Source of the DNA: Eledone cirrhosa
Lineage: Eukaryota
DNA length: 64,000 nt
Direction: 5' to 3'
Assembly: GCA_964016885.1 (NCBI GenBank)
Contig: OZ024744.1
Location: forward strand, 93,930,001 to 93,994,000
In this document: positions 27,006 through 41,194 of the stretch, one piece after another
Position numbering within the stretch: the first letter of the stretch is position 1
Layout of the letters: each line of letters starts with the position of its first letter
Notes under the pieces: generated by a model
Told to the model about the DNA's origin: nothing
The model's input: the letters and a program-made list of their open reading frames with translations, nothing else
Databases searched by the model: none
Position numbers and translations under genes: made by a program

Positions 27006-27560
27006 ATCACAACCACCTCTAATCAAATGTTTATAATAATATTTCACACACACACACACACACACACAAATAAATGTTCATGTATATTTCCTATATATAA
27101 GTGTGTATAAATAAATGTGTGAGTGTGTATGTGTGTGTGTGTGAGCATGTGTGTGTCACCCTGTGTGCTTCTCTTCCATTCACACAATATATATATATGT
27201 ATATTCTCTTACAACTAATACAGACCGACAAAATATGCTCACTCCACTTTTCCCTTCACTGCTCTGTATAGACATATATACACCCTTATATTAACATACT
27301 TTTGCCCACAGCTTTGTACGTATTATAACACGCACACAAACACATGCTTACGCACACGCACAAGTATAGCTCCTTTTACAAAATGTTTTTTTTTCCATTT
27401 CAGGTAGATGCGCTCCATCACCCACTTTTCTAAAATAAATAAATCATACACAAAACACCAGCACCAACAGTTTTCCAAGAGATGTCAACATGAATGGACC
27501 TGTTATTTTTATCCAATTCCAACCCACCCGTCCCTTCAATCTATCTTATTTCTCATTCTT

Positions 27561-27596
27561 TCTTCTGATGAAGGTCTAGAGTCCGAAACATTAAGA
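27561..27596 (+). ncRNA. Minimal hammerhead-like motif of Penelope type (second copy 41255-41290, partial copy ~40290)
   Basis: TCTT-CTGATGA-AGG(t/a)CTAG.GTCC-GAAA-CATT-AAGA, inside a ~170-bp repeat shared by 27500-27690 and 41200-41360. Confidence 0.55.
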
Positions 27597-27789
27597 CCCT
27601 CTTCTTACTATATCAAGCGTTAACCTAATATATCCCTTCCATATATTGTACCGATTTTGTTGGTATTTTTGTTTACCTTTTACATATATGTATATATATA
27701 TCATCATCATCATCACCATTTAACATCCATTTTCCATGCTAGCATGGGTAAGATAGGTTGTCCTATTTGAGACAGGTTGAGGTCATGTG

Positions 27790-28390
27790 ACTTTACAGTG
27801 TGGAGTGGGTGCTTTTTGTTGTGACACCAACATGACCACTTTACAGTGTAGGTTAGGGGCTTTTTGTCGCGACATTACTCAACCATGTTGCAGTGAGTGC
27901 TGGGTGCTTTTTGTTGTGACACCTTCATGACTACTTTACAGTGTGGACTGGATGCTTTTTGTTGTGACACCTTCATGACTACTTTACAGTGTGGACTGGA
28001 TGCTTTTTGTTGTGACACCTTCATGACTACTTTACAGTGTGGACTGGGTGCTTTTTGCTGTGACACCAACATGAGCACTTTACAGTGAGTACTGGATGCT
28101 TTTTGTTGTAACACCAACACGACCACTTTACAGTGTGGACTGGGTGCTTTTTGCTGTGACACCAACATGAGCACTTTACAGTGAGTACTGGATGCTTTTT
28201 GTTGTAACACCAACACGACCACTTTACAGTGTGGACTGGGTGCTTTTTGCTGTGACACCAACATGAGCACTTTACAGTGAGTACTGGATGCTTTTTGTTG
28301 TAACACCAACACGACCACTTTACAGTGTGGGCTGGGTGTTTTTTATTGAGACATCTACATGACCACTTTACAGTGTGGGCTGGGGGCTTT
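27790..28390 (-). repeat. 48-bp minisatellite derived from the SINE tail segment
   Basis: Unit CTGGGTGCTTTTTGTTGTGACACC..ACTTTACAGTGTGGA, about 12 copies, continuous with a SINE/RTE 3' end at 27700-27780. Confidence 0.9.
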
Positions 28391-28588
28391 GATGGGAAGG
28401 GTGTGTGGGGATTAGGGAGGTGGGTATATGGGTGTGTTTGAGGGGTGTAGTTTTAGCGTGGAAGGAGAGGTGAAGGTGGTGCATACCAGATGTAAGCTTC
28501 AAATCATGCTCATGGGAAGAGAGGTGGAGGTGAATACTATATGTATGCTTCAGCTAGTACTCATGGGAAGGTGGGTGTATATAGAAAT

Positions 28589-28622
<34 letters not shown>

Positions 28623-29041
28623 GTACACAACCTCCTTAGCGAATCCTCTCTGGATTTTTGTCTTTGTATTCATTGATATACATATGTATTGTACATATAT
28701 ACATATATGCATATGTGTATATATATATATGTATATGTATATATATATGTAGATGTACTTGTATATATATATATATATATATAAATATGGCTGAATGTCT
28801 TTCCAAATATCACCAATATTATTATAAAGTGGAAATAGTATTTTTCAGTAATGCAAACTGTAATTAGTTACATAGAAGTACAATGCCAGCAGTAAGACTT
28901 ATATGGTTTAAATATATAAGCAAGTCCCTCACAAACACAAAAATATATTAAGTATTTTCATTAGAAGAATATATATTTTTTTTCTTCTTCCATTCTTTAA
29001 ATAAATGATTTACAGTCAAATGAAATGATTTGATAGTCTAC

Positions 29042-29244
29042 TATGAGGGTCTGTTAAAAAAGTTCATAGGCTGATTATGAACGAATGATGCTAGAACTAT
29101 GAAATCTTACATGCATTAATTTCAATTATTCTTACTAATAACTACATTGTTTCTTTCCAGGGACTATGTTGAAAAATAAACCTCATTTGGTCATTCCATG
29201 AGAGTATCTTAGTCAGCCTATGAACTTTTCAGCCAATCCTTATA
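29042..29244 (+). mobile_element. Mariner-derived MITE (copies 37037-37232, 61852-62027)
   Basis: TIRs GAGGG..AAAAGTTCATAGGCTGA / TCAGCCTATGAACTTTTC; internal GGGACTATGTTGAAAAATAA (GDYVEK*). Confidence 0.75.
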
Positions 29245-29559
29245 AATGGGCAGATTCAGCAGAGTTATATTAATTAATGGTTTCTTCCTCCAAATTCTTG
29301 TATAAAATATTTTATATCGCTTTGATCAGTGTGGCACAATTTGTATACTCATGATCTCTTCTAATGTTATCGTTTATACTAAATAAAAAATTTAGTCAAT
29401 CACTAATAAAATATTTTTTCTTCACCTCATTTATAATTAGTTTGATTTTTAAGATCACTTCATTAAAAATGTTAATACTGACTTGTTTGTTTTTTCGAAT
29501 TCTAACGATCCTATTAGTTAATTATTATTAGTAAATTAGAAAGAAACCAATGGTTATGA

Positions 29560-29970
29560 ATCTTGGGTTATGGCCAAAAGAATACGATTGTGAATACAAG
29601 CAGCCAAAATGGTGTTCTTCCGAAGGGTTTTCGGAATAATGTTACGCGATACAGTGTGTAGCTCAGAGATTAGACAGTCGTTCCAGGTAGAGCTGCTACT
29701 TCTCTGTATTGAGAAATCACAGATCTGATATTATGGACATGTGGTTAGAATGTCACAGGAAAGAATCACTGGAAAGATTTTGCAGGCAAAAACCTAGTTC
29801 CAGGAAACCCAGGGGTAGACCCCGAGCAAGATGGTTGGATAACATCCACGAGCTTGGGGATTCAGCCAGATCAGTCGGAGACAGTTGCTTCTGGCAGGAC
29901 CTGCTAGAAGGAGTGTTTGAGGACTCTGCACCCACAACCCTTGCAGGAATAAGTAGGTGAAGAAGAAGAA
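29560..29970 (+). mobile_element. RTE-type LINE 3' fragment
   Basis: RKPRGRPRARWLDNI peptide; (GAA)n tail. Confidence 0.75.
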
Positions 29971-30544
29971 AGAAACCATGATGAAATCACAGAAAGAAAA
30001 ACCAAAATGGTTCTGATACAGAAAAATGGCTTCAGTGAATTTACATAATACATATTTGTGCCTAGTTTGGTAACAGAATCTAAATGGAGAATTAGACTTA
30101 AGCCAATTTCGGCATATTTAACTCTTCAATTACCAACCAGGCCAAACCAGCTCTGGTTCTATGAAATAAAACCACCCATTTTAAAAGTTTATGATTTATA
30201 TTAAAATCTTCCTACATCATTTTATAGAAGGATGTTACATTAAGTTACTATCTTAGCAATAGAATATTTAATAACTTTAGTAAATCCCTCTAAATTCTTC
30301 ATTAATTAATTAAAATAGAATGCATTTTAATAGGAATGCAGTCATGAAAGGGTTAAAAAAAAGTGTATGAAAAGTGTATGAAATTTTTTTCAAATAGCAT
30401 TAAAAAAAAACTAGCTATCTAAAAAAAAAAAAAAGAAAAAAGAAGAGTAGGAAAGTGAGATACATGGTAAGACAGATAGAGATATCACTTGCTTGTTTTA
30501 GATACTTCACTTCTATAATTTTTTTATCACAAAGTTGCTAAATC

Positions 30545-30599
30545 TCATAAAATTCTGTACGTGTCACTCTGTTTGCTGTATATTATTAAAAAATCACCA
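30545..30599 (-). CDS. Host gene, probable last coding exon: (G)GDFLIIYSKQSDTYRIL*
   Basis: Strong acceptor (T)n ACATTTTTCAG; phase 2 matches the previous exon; ends in TGA. Confidence 0.65.
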
Positions 30600-30879
30600 C
30601 TGAAAAATGTAAAAAAAAAAAAAATTAGAAAAGCATGTTTGAAAATTATCATTGCTGATATTGAACATTTTATATTTTGTAAAATGTCAAATCTTTAGGG
30701 TTTAGAAAGATATTCCCCCTCTACACACATGCACACATTGCATGCGTGTGTGTATCATAACTCACTTTCAAGACATTTATTTGTACATTATTCTATGTAC
30801 TATACATGCACCTTTGATGAGTTGTAGTGCACCTGAGCACTGTACAAAGTAATTTTCAATATTATTATTAATATTTAAC

Positions 30880-31262
30880 ATAATTGTCTCTACTTTAGGC
30901 ACAAGGCCAGCAATTACCCAGTGCATTACTGGTACTTTATTTTATCGACCCCGTAAGGATGAAAGGCAAAGTCAACCTCGGTGGGATTTGAACTCAGACC
31001 GTAAAGGGCCGTAACTATGCTGGAAAGCATGGCATCCGACCCTCTACTGATACTGCCAAAATATAATGAGCGGTGGATTGGCAGTATCGGTAGAGGGTCA
31101 GAAGCCATGCTTTGCAAGCAAAGAGTTACGGCCCTTTATTGCCTGAGTTCAAATCCTGCCGAGGTTAACTTTGCCTTTCATCCTTACGGGGTCGATAAAA
31201 TAAAGTACCAGTAATGCACTGGGACAATTGCTGGCCTTGTGCCAAAAGTAGAAACAATTATT
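30880..31262. mobile_element. Head-to-head pair of family A SINEs forming an inverted repeat
   Basis: Minus copy 30880-31057 and plus copy 31071-31262, separated by a ~14-bp spacer. Confidence 0.9.
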
Positions 31263-33569
31263 AATATTTAACATAGCAGATAATATCTAAAAACAGTTTT
31301 GTTAATTCAAATATTTATAGTGCTTTATAGTGGACAGGCTGTTGTGAAGATTTGCAGTATTATATCTTAACATCTTGATTAAGTAGCAGTATCTAAATAT
31401 GAGTTTGTTAATTCAAATATTTATAGTATCTTTCCTGGTGAGCAGATTGTTGTGAAGATTTACAGTATTATCTCTTAACATCCTGTAATGATTTAGTCGA
31501 AAATATCTAAAAACAGGTTTGTTAATTCAAATGTTTATAGTATCTTTACTGGTGGACAGATTATTGTGAAAATTTACAGTAAACTAAAATAAAGACTTAA
31601 AAGTTTAATGTGATGTGGTGATGGTGCTGTTTTGTACTTTTCAAAAATGTCCTGCAAATGTGGTTTCATGTAGTTTGTTAAATCAAATGTTTGTAGTATC
31701 TTTACTAATGGACAGATTGTTGTGAAAATTTGCAGCAAACTAACACCAAGACATTAATGTTTTAAATTGACTTTGCCTTTCATCCTTACGGGGTCGATAA
31801 AATAAAGTACCAGTAATGCTCTGGGTAATTTGCTGGCCTTGTGCCAAAAAGTAGAAACAATTAATGTTTTAAAACAATGCGGTGATAGTGCTGTTTTGTA
31901 CTTTTCAAGAAAGTCTTTTTTTTTCTGTGCCAGCATGGGTTGGACATGTCTTCACAGTTCTAAGACATTCCTTATTAAAAAGACCACATCTAACTTGTAT
32001 GTTCCAATACCAACCATTTTATAGAGTGTACAGGGTATATTAGAGACATTGTGCCATAAACACGGCACTATGGAGCCCTCTAGACCCTCTGTTGCTTATG
32101 TCCAAATGCTAACCACTTTACAGAGTGTACTACTTGCATTTCATCATAGCACCAACACTAATGAGGTTGTTTTGAATTTTAGATGACTAAAGAATATTCA
32201 CTAATCTACATTATCTCCAATAATTGAAGACTACATTACCTGGAGGGTGGAATAGAAGAGTAATGACAAGGAAAGAATCAAGGTGTGAGGGTGAAGGGAG
32301 GGGAGTATGCTAGGAGAAACAGAGTACTTATAGGGAGAGGGTGACATAAGAAGTTCTTGGGGTGTAGCTGAGGAATGTTCTAGAGCCAAAAGTGAGAACT
32401 GGTGTACTCGACCACCCCTTATTACAAATTTGGCAAAGTGGTGAGAGGCAAGGAGAATTATCGATAATATTATTAACCACCCATCTGCCCACCCCATCAC
32501 CATACTAGTATGTGTTAAGTTAAAGTCTATCTCGAGCCTGGAGGCTCATCAGGCCAGTAGTTATCCCAGTTTCTGTGGCGTGAAACGACTAAGAGTAGTG
32601 GACAAGATGCCAGTCCATCACAAGGTTAACTCGCCAGCTATTACTGGTATTCATTTTTCAGCTCAGTCTACTGGAGCAATGTGAAATGAAATGTTTTGCT
32701 CAAGACCCCAACATACAAACCCAGTCCAGGAATCGAACCTACAATATTATGATCATAAGTCCAACACCCTCACCACTAGGCCACACACCTCTACTGAGTA
32801 TACTGGAGCAATGTGAAATGAAGTGTTTTGCTCAAGACCCCAACATACAAACCCAGTCCAGGAATCGAACCTACAATATTATGATCATAAGTCCAACACC
32901 CTCACCACTAGGCCACCACACACCTCTACTGAGTATACTGGAGCAATGTGAAATGAAGTGTTTTTCTGAAGAACACAACACACAACCCAGTCCAGAAATT
33001 GAACCCACAACGTTATGATTGTAAGTCCAACACCCTCACCACTAAGCCACACACCTCCACAGAGTATACTGGAGCAATGCTCAAGTATCTTGATCAGCCT
33101 ATCAACTTTTCATACAACCCTCGAAAAAAAAAAAGGAAAGGAGCCGATCATAACAGAAAAGAAAATATTTTCTAAATCCTGGATTATTTGTATAATTTGT
33201 GTGTATAAACTTATAATTAAAATATGTAAAATGTCATCTTAATCTTTAACCCTTTAGCATTTAAACCGACTGTATCAGGCCAGAATTCTCTCACCTCTTT
33301 CTGTTCAAACTGGCCATAACTAGCCCCTCATACTGACCATAAGGTATTGTTCTCAAAATATATATCAAAATCTCATACATTCAATATTATGTGAGATAAA
33401 GCCTTTACCATGAAAATACAATAGTAAATATAGAGTAATGTAAATGTTAAAGGGTTTAATACTTGTTGGTCATTTCTAATTAAACCATGGAATTTCCACA
33501 GAGTCAGCTAGTTATATTTATATCACTGCAGTTCCACTGTGGATTCTTTCAGTCTCCACCCTCTGTCAT

Positions 33570-34075
33570 GTTGTTATAATGCTGGCCACCTCTCACAACA
33601 CGTTACTCTCAACAAGATCATAAAGCATGGCCTGGACAGTACAGGTATCCCTTTCTCAGCTCATCACATCAGGGTTGGACTGAGGGTGTAGCAAAAGGCC
33701 AGACAGCATGACAATCTCCCCATTCCCTAGGGGTAGCTTCTTATTTGGGACGCTACAGGTTGTGACACCTTCTCTAGCAGAAACCTGGTGTGTTTGGCTA
33801 CCAGCCTGGACTTCATTGCCCACCAGGCTGAAGAGGGCAAACTGTTAAAGTATCAACTGCTCTCTGATAGATTTGCAGTTAAGCCTGTGGCAGTAGAGAC
33901 TTCCAGCATTCCTGGCACTTGGACCACATCCCTGCTCACTGCTAACAGAGCACAGTCGACTGCCTGAAAGTGTGTACACCATGAGAATGAGTGGCTGTTC
34001 CAACATGTCTCCCTCACCATCCTCCGGAGCAATGTCTTCTCCATTCTGTCGACCGGGACCACGAGGCGGATAACA
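33570..34075 (+). pseudogene. CRE-type LINE RLE-domain remnant (a further remnant at ~35700-36065)
   Basis: KRPDSMTISPFPRG..IWDA..; FAVKPVAVETS; WLFQHVSLTILRSN. Homologous to 1302-4490. Confidence 0.75.
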
Positions 34076-34755
34076 TATTAGAGTAAGAGTAGAGTGGCAG
34101 TCTTCAGACAAAAGGGTGAATAATGGTTTCTGATTTAAGCACAAGGCTAACAATTTTTGTGGGGAGAGGGGAAAGTCATTTAAATCGACCCCAATGCGTT
34201 ACTGGTGCTTTATTTTATTGACCCCGTAAGGATGACAGGCAAAGCTAACCTTGGCAGGATTTGAACTCAGAACATAAAGGGTCATAACTATATGCTACTA
34301 AGCAAGTTATCCGACACTCTACTGATTCTGCCAATTCACCACCCAAAAGGGTAAATAATGCTCACACACACTGCATAAAGTAATAATGTTTACGACCTAA
34401 TTGTCTCACAATTAATAATATGAAATCTATTGGACTAATAATTGTTTCTACTTTCGGCACAAGGCCAGCAATTATCCCAGTGTATTACTGGTACTTTATT
34501 TTATCGAGCCCCGTAAGGATGAAAGGCAAAGTTAACTTCAGCAGAATTTGAACTCAGAACGTAAAGGGTCATAATCTTGGTGGGGGGGGTTTGAACTCAG
34601 AACGTAAAGGACCATAACTCTATGCTGCAAAACATGGTATCTGACACTCTATCTATACTGCTAATAATAGTGACTGAGATGAAAAAATATTTATAAAAAA
34701 TGAAATAAAACAAAGTAAAATTAAATAAAATTTTAAAAAATAAAGGAAATATTAC

Positions 34756-34824
34756 CCGTTATCAATTTTCATTTTCTTAACACGTTCAATCAAGTTTCTT
34801 GTTAGCTGCTTGTCTTTCGACTTA
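34756..34824 (-). CDS. Host gene internal exon: (C)KSKDKQLTRNLIERVKKMKIDN(G)
   Basis: Acceptor TTTTATTATTGCAG, donor GTAATA; 69 nt, phase 2/2. Confidence 0.85.
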
Positions 34825-36628
34825 CTGCAATAATAAAAGATAAAACATTCTAATTAAAATCAAATAATTATAATCACAATAACAGAATTCCAAATGGATA
34901 AATAAATAATTAATTATTTCTACTATAGGCACAAGGCCAGCAGTTTGGGGTAAGGAGAAAGTTGATTAAATCGACTCCAATACATTACTGGTATTTTATT
35001 TTATCGACCCCGTAAGGATGAAAGGCAAAGTTAACCTCGGCGAGATTTGAACTCAGAACGGAAAGGGACATAACTCTATGATAAATAAATATATAATTGT
35101 TTCTACTTTTGGCACAAGGCCAGCAATTGCCCCAGTGCATTACTGCTACTTTATTTTATCGATCCCGTAAGGATGAAAAGCAAAGTTAAACTCGGCGGGA
35201 TTTGAACTCAGAATGTAAAGGGACATAACTCTATGCTGCAAAGCATAGTGTCTGACACTTTACTGATACTATAAATAATGATTCCTAATTTTAACACAAG
35301 ACTGGCAATATTTTTTTTTAGTGGTTGGGAGGAGGGAAAGGCATAGTCGTTTATGCTGATCCCAGTATGTCACTGGTACTTTATTTTCTCAAGCCCAGAA
35401 TAAAATGAAATGGAAAGATGACCTATGGATCATTTGAACTCAGAACGTAAAGGGCTGTAACTAAATGAATGTTTCAGAGCATTTTGTCTGACGCCCTAAC
35501 AACTTTTCCATTCCGTTCATGTTTAGCTGGCCTCCTTATATGGTTGCATTTCATAGGAGGTTTCTTGGGTGTTTCAGTGATAGGGTCCTCAGTCCTCCCG
35601 TAAAAAAGCAACAGCCATTCTATATAGAGGTCAGCCTAGGCCAACAGGTGTTAGTATTAACTGGCACCATCATCATCATCATCACCAGCATTATAAGGAT
35701 TACTGCCACACTGCTGCTCCACAGTTGCCATTGAAGAGTAGCAATGTCTTAAATAAACCTATTCCAAGACCACAGAGTAACTTAGCAGTGGGGACTTCTA
35801 GTGTCCTTGACCCTAGGACCACCGCCATCGACACAGAGTTGACTACCCAAAGGTGTGAGTCTCGCAAACTGGAATGGCTCTTCTAGCATCTCCTTCACCA
35901 TCCTCCAGGGAAACAACTTCTCTATTCTGTTCGCCAGGGCTAGTCGACCGGGGTCGCGGGGGCAGCCAGCATGTGGGCCCTCATTTGCTCACAATAGTGA
36001 GAGCTGGGGAGAGTGGGAGAGATGGAGGCAGTGACAGTGGGAGTTTGGTTCCTTTGTGTTCAGACCTGGTGTATATATATATATATATTTATTAACCCCA
36101 CTTACATATACACAAACATAGCTGTAGTTATTTTAACTAATTAGGTTAAATATTATCATATTCAATGCAGGGAGCCTTGACTCATAACGTCCAATAATGC
36201 ATGAAACCATATTAACAAGATTTCAGAATTTAGAAAATAGTCAAAAATTTGGAGGGATTTAGTAATATAACTAATTTTCTCGTTATTTAGCTGGAGTTTG
36301 GAGCTTAACTTAACAAAGGTTCTTATATAAAATTATGATGGAAAGTTTTTAGATAAATATGTCGTCTAACCCATGATAGCATGTAAAATGGGCATTAAAT
36401 GATGATGATAAACACTTTAAAACCTTTCATTACCATATTTCTAATGAAAGACACAGTCAATGGTTTGCAAATTATTTTGAAAACAATCAAGAATTTGGAG
36501 GAATTTAGAAATGTAGCTAACTTACTTATTATTTATTAAGCTGGTGTTTGAAGCATTAATTAACAAAGGCTCTCATAAAGAAAACAATATAGAAAATAAA
36601 GGTTCAAGTAAAATTAAAAATTACTAAC

Positions 36629-36678
36629 CAGTTTTTTGCTAGAGAGTTTTTTCCATCACTGGAAAGGTTGTTTGAAAA
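36629..36678 (-). CDS. Host gene internal exon: FSNNLSSDGKNSLAKN(C)
   Basis: Acceptor CTTTTCTTTTCATAG, donor GTTAGT; 50 nt, phase 0/2. Confidence 0.85.
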
Positions 36679-37369
36679 CTATGAAAAGAAAAGAAAGAGA
36701 GATATATAACATGAAATGTGCAGCACAAAGAAAATATTAGTCTCAACACATTTTATGATGGAGTTTGTATGTGGTCGGATGGCTCGCTAGAAATAGCAGC
36801 CAAAGCTCCCTCAAATGACACCGCTAGCATTCAAGTCTCAACATACTATATGATGGAGTCTCTATGTGGTCAGTTGGCTTCCTAGAAACAGCAGCCAAAT
36901 CTCCCTCAAATGACACCCTGGCATTCTAAATAATGTAGTCCCTGATATAAAAAAAAAAAAACATTTGGATGGCCACAGCTTAAAAAATACCTTTAACATC
37001 ATTCATTTCAAGATTTCTAATGAAAGACACTGCTTTCGAGGGTCAACTGAAAAGTTCATTGGCTGACTATGAAGGTGTGATGCTAGAGCTGTGAAATCTT
37101 GGATGCATTAATTTCAACTCTTATTTATAACTACATTGTTTCTTTCCAGGGACTATGTTGAAAAACAAACTTCATTTGGTCATGCCATGAGAGTATCTTG
37201 GTCAGCCTATGAATTTTCCAGCCAACTCTTGTATGGTTTTCAAATAAATTTGAAAATAATCAAGAATTTTGAGAGATTTAATAAAATAACTAACACTGTA
37301 GTTATTAAACCAGTGCTTGGAACATAACTTAATATAGGTTCTTACATAAAAATATGATAGGAGGTTTTG

Positions 37370-38180
37370 AAGGTGGTAGTGCTTGTGCCACTATAAAATG
37401 CACCCAGTCTGCACTGTAAAGTGGGAGTGCTGGTGCCACTATAAAATGCACCCAGTCTGCCCTGTAAGGTGGGTAGTGCTGGTGCCACTATAAAATGCAC
37501 CTAGTCTGCACTGTAAGGTGGTAGTGCTGGTGCCACTATAAAATGCACCCAGTCTGCACTGTAAGGTGGTAGTGCTGGTGCCATTATAAAATGCACCCAG
37601 TCTGCCCTGTAAGGTGGTAGTACTGGTGCCATTATAAAATGCACCCAGTCTGCATTGTAAGGTGGTAGTGCTGGTGCCATTATAAAATGCACCCAGTCTG
37701 CCCTGTAAGGTGGTAGTGTTGCTGCCACTATAAAATGCACCCAGTCTGCACTGTAAGGTGGTAGTGCTGGTGCCACTATAAAATGCACCCAGTCTGCACT
37801 GTAAGGTGGTAGTGCTGGTACCACCATAAAATGCACCCAGTCTGCACTGTAAGGTGGTAGTGCTGGTACCACTATAAAATGCACCCAGCCTGCACTAAGG
37901 TGGTAGTGCTGGTACCACTATAAAATGCACCCAGCTTGCACTAAGGTGGTAGTGCTGGTGCCACTATAAAAAACATCCTGTCTGCCCTGTAAGGTGGTAG
38001 TGCTGGTGCCATTATAAAATGCACCCAGTCTGCAGTGTAAGGTGGTAGTGCTGGTACTACAACAAAAACCATCCAATCTGCAGTGTAAGGTGGTAGTGCT
38101 GGTGCCACTATAAAATGCACCCAGTCTGCAGTGTAAGGTGGTAGTGCTGGTGCCACTATAAAATCTAGTACATACTGTAA
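37370..38180 (+). repeat. 48-bp minisatellite (SINE-derived), about 17 copies
   Basis: Unit GGTAGTGCTGGTGCCACTATAAAATGCACCCAGTCTGCACTGTAAGGT. Confidence 0.92.
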
Positions 38181-39669
38181 AGTGTGTAAAGTGGTCAGCT
38201 TTAGGAAAGACATTCAGCTGTGGAAACCGAACAAAGTCATCTGACCTGTCAAATCTCAGAATATGACAACCTGTTTAACCCTCTAGTATTTAAACCAGCC
38301 ATATCCGGCCAGAATTCTCTCACCTCTTTCTGTAACTGGTGACACATACTGATGTTAAGGTATTGCTCTCAAAATAAATAATATCAAAATCTCACAGATT
38401 TAATATTATATGGAATAATTATGTAAGATAAAGCCTTTACCACGAAAATACTATAGTAAATATAGAGTAATGTAAATGTTAAAGGGTTAACCCATGCCAA
38501 CATTATTAGTGATGGTAGTTTTGGTCGGTGGTGGTGGCAGCAGTGGCGGTGATGGTGGATGTATGTTAGACGAATGATGGATGGAAGATTATGGGTAAAT
38601 AACTGACTAGCTGGATGATGGTGACAGTGATTATGATGATGCTAATCGTTTTCAAATAAACAGTTTTCTATCACAGAAACAGGGGCAGTTTGAAGTGTTT
38701 TGGTATCAAAAAGAGGTTTAACCCTTTAGCATTTACATTACTCCATCATTTCATTCATTTCATTTCACTTCCGCTTTTTCCCTGCTTGCAAGGGTGGGAC
38801 GGGAACTGATTCTGGCTTGATTTCTACAGCTGGATGCCCTTCCTAACACCAGCCTCATTTACAGTGAGTACTGGGTGCTTTTTTGCTATGGCACCTCCAC
38901 GACCATTTTACAGTTGAATGATAGGGACCCCAGTCCCTAGCATCTCATTTCTACAGCTGAGTAAACTGGAGCAATGTGAAATAAAGTGTCTTGCTCAAGG
39001 AAACAACACATCACCCGGTCTGAGAATTGAACTCACAACCTATCGATTGCAAGGCCAATGCTCTAACCACTAAGCCATGTGCCTCCATATATATATTATT
39101 GTATTTTTGTAGGTAAGGCTTTATCTTACATAAAAATATCTCACATAATATCGCATCTACAAGATTATGATGTTATTTATTTTGAGAATAATACCTTAAC
39201 CCTTTAACATTTACATTACTCTATATTTACTGTTATATTTTCACTGTAAAGACTTTATCTCACATAATTATCTGGCATAATATTGAATCTATGAGATTTT
39301 GATATTATTTATTTTGAGAACAATACCTCAATGTAGGTATGAGTGGCTGGTTACAGCCAGTTTGAACAGAAAGAGGTGAGAGAATTCTGGCCGGATATGG
39401 CCGGTTTATATGCTAAAGGGTTAACCAGAGATATGCTTAATAATTATTTCTTATTTAGGCACAAGGCCAGCAATTTTCGAGGAAGATGAAAGTTTAAAAA
39501 ATCGATCCCAGTGCATTACTGGTACTTCATTTTATCGACCCCTGTAAGGATGAAAGGCAAAGCCAAACTCGGCGGGATTTGAACTCAGAATGTAAAGCGC
39601 CGTAATTATATGCCATAAAGCATATTGTCCAACACTCTACTGATTCTGCCAATCCCCTAATAATAATAA

Positions 39670-40290
39670 TAATGATTTCTTTATTAACCACAAGGGTTTA
39701 CATAAAGTAGACATTAAGGACAGTGCAGGACAATACAGTACGGTACAAATGGGCATTTCTGCGTGTAAAAAACAAAAACAGGGGATGTAACAAAAAATAA
39801 CAATGAAAAATTCCCCAATAGGGGGGAGACTTCGGAGGGACATTTGTGGAGAAAGCCCAGTAAAAGGCCACAGTGACCCTGACCACCAAGGCAAGTGCCC
39901 TCTCCCAGTTTTCCACCTTTAATATAGAGACACATACTCAGAGAAGGCCCATTCACTCGGGCCATTCTTGCTTCTCTCACCCATCTTTCAACAAAATGCT
40001 GGGAAGAGAGCACTTCCCTCTCTACTCTGATTTTCCTTTTCAAATGAAATTTGAAAAAGTCAATCAGAGCATCACCGAAGAGGTAAGTGCTCGTCTTCAG
40101 CCCTTTCAAACGTGTCCACCATACTATCTCTTTCGCCATGGCCACCAAACAGATAAAAACTGCCTGCCCTTCCCGGCTAAAGGAGGAGGGCGGGGCAATC
40201 CTCACGATGGACTCAGATGATAGCCGGATCCGTCCTAAACGCAACAGCAGGTGTTCGACATAAACCCACAAGTCAGCAATTTTCGGACAC
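39670..40290 (-). pseudogene. 3' end of an L1/Tx1-type LINE
   Basis: ORF 39714-40271 (AVFICLVAMAKEIVWWTR..FFKFHLKRKIRVER) is homologous to 6200-6560. Confidence 0.75.
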
Positions 40291-40494
40291 TTCTGATGAA
40301 GGACTAATTGTTTCTACTTTAGGCACAAGGCCAGCAATTACCCAGTACATTACTGGTACTTTATTTTATCGACCCCCGTAAGGGTGAAAGGCGAAGTAAA
40401 CCTCGGCGGGATTTGAACTCAGACCGTAAAGGGACGTAACTCTGCTGGAAAGCTTGGCGTCCGACTCTCTACCGATACTGCCAATCCACCACCC

Positions 40495-40538
<44 letters not shown>

Positions 40539-40844
40539 GTTTCTTATATAGGCACAAGGCCAACAATTTTTTTTTGGGGGGGGGGGGGGAGAGAATGTCG
40601 ATTAAATCGACCCCAGTACATTACTGGTACTTTATTTTATCGACCCCATAAAATAAAAGGCTAAGCTAACCTTGGCTGGATTAGAACTCAGAACATAAAG
40701 AGCCGTGTATCCATATGCCACAAAAAAAAAAAGTTGTCCGATGCTCTACTGATTACTGTCAATCCACTGCTTAGTAATGGCTGACCACAACTAGTGTTGG
40801 TTAATAACATAAAATATATCAACATAAAATATATATGAACTTAC

Positions 40845-40949
40845 ATCAATATCAGTGAGAATTTGTTTGGGGAGATCAATAACTATCACATGTATTGGAG
40901 AACCATCCACAGGACCCCACTTCAAAGTACTGCAAATTTTTGAACTAAT
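40845..40949 (-). CDS. Host gene internal exon: ISSKICSTLKWGPVDGSPIHVIVIDLPKQILTDID
   Basis: Acceptor TTTCTATTTCAG, donor GTAAGT; 105 nt, phase 0/0. Confidence 0.9.
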
Positions 40950-41126
40950 CTGAAATAGAAATTATTACATCGTTTTTTGTTAACAAGCCATAGAAAATTA
41001 GGCCCCAAAACAGATCTGTATAAGCAAAGATGTGGTCACCTTATCTGGCTAGCCTCATAACGTAATAATCTATCTATCTGATACAAACATGGACAATAGC
41101 CATGAAATAGTGATGATATATATGTT

Positions 41127-41194
<68 letters not shown>

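Noticed and set aside
29313-29378. Alternative minus-strand terminal exon (INDNIRRDHEYTNCATLIKAI*)
   Set aside because: Phase-compatible, but the acceptor is weaker and more distal than 30599. It cannot be supported without transcripts.
34819-34827. Donor-like GTAAGT overlapping the exon acceptor
   Set aside because: It shares the G of the AG rather than forming AG|GT, so it is not a recursive site; likely chance.
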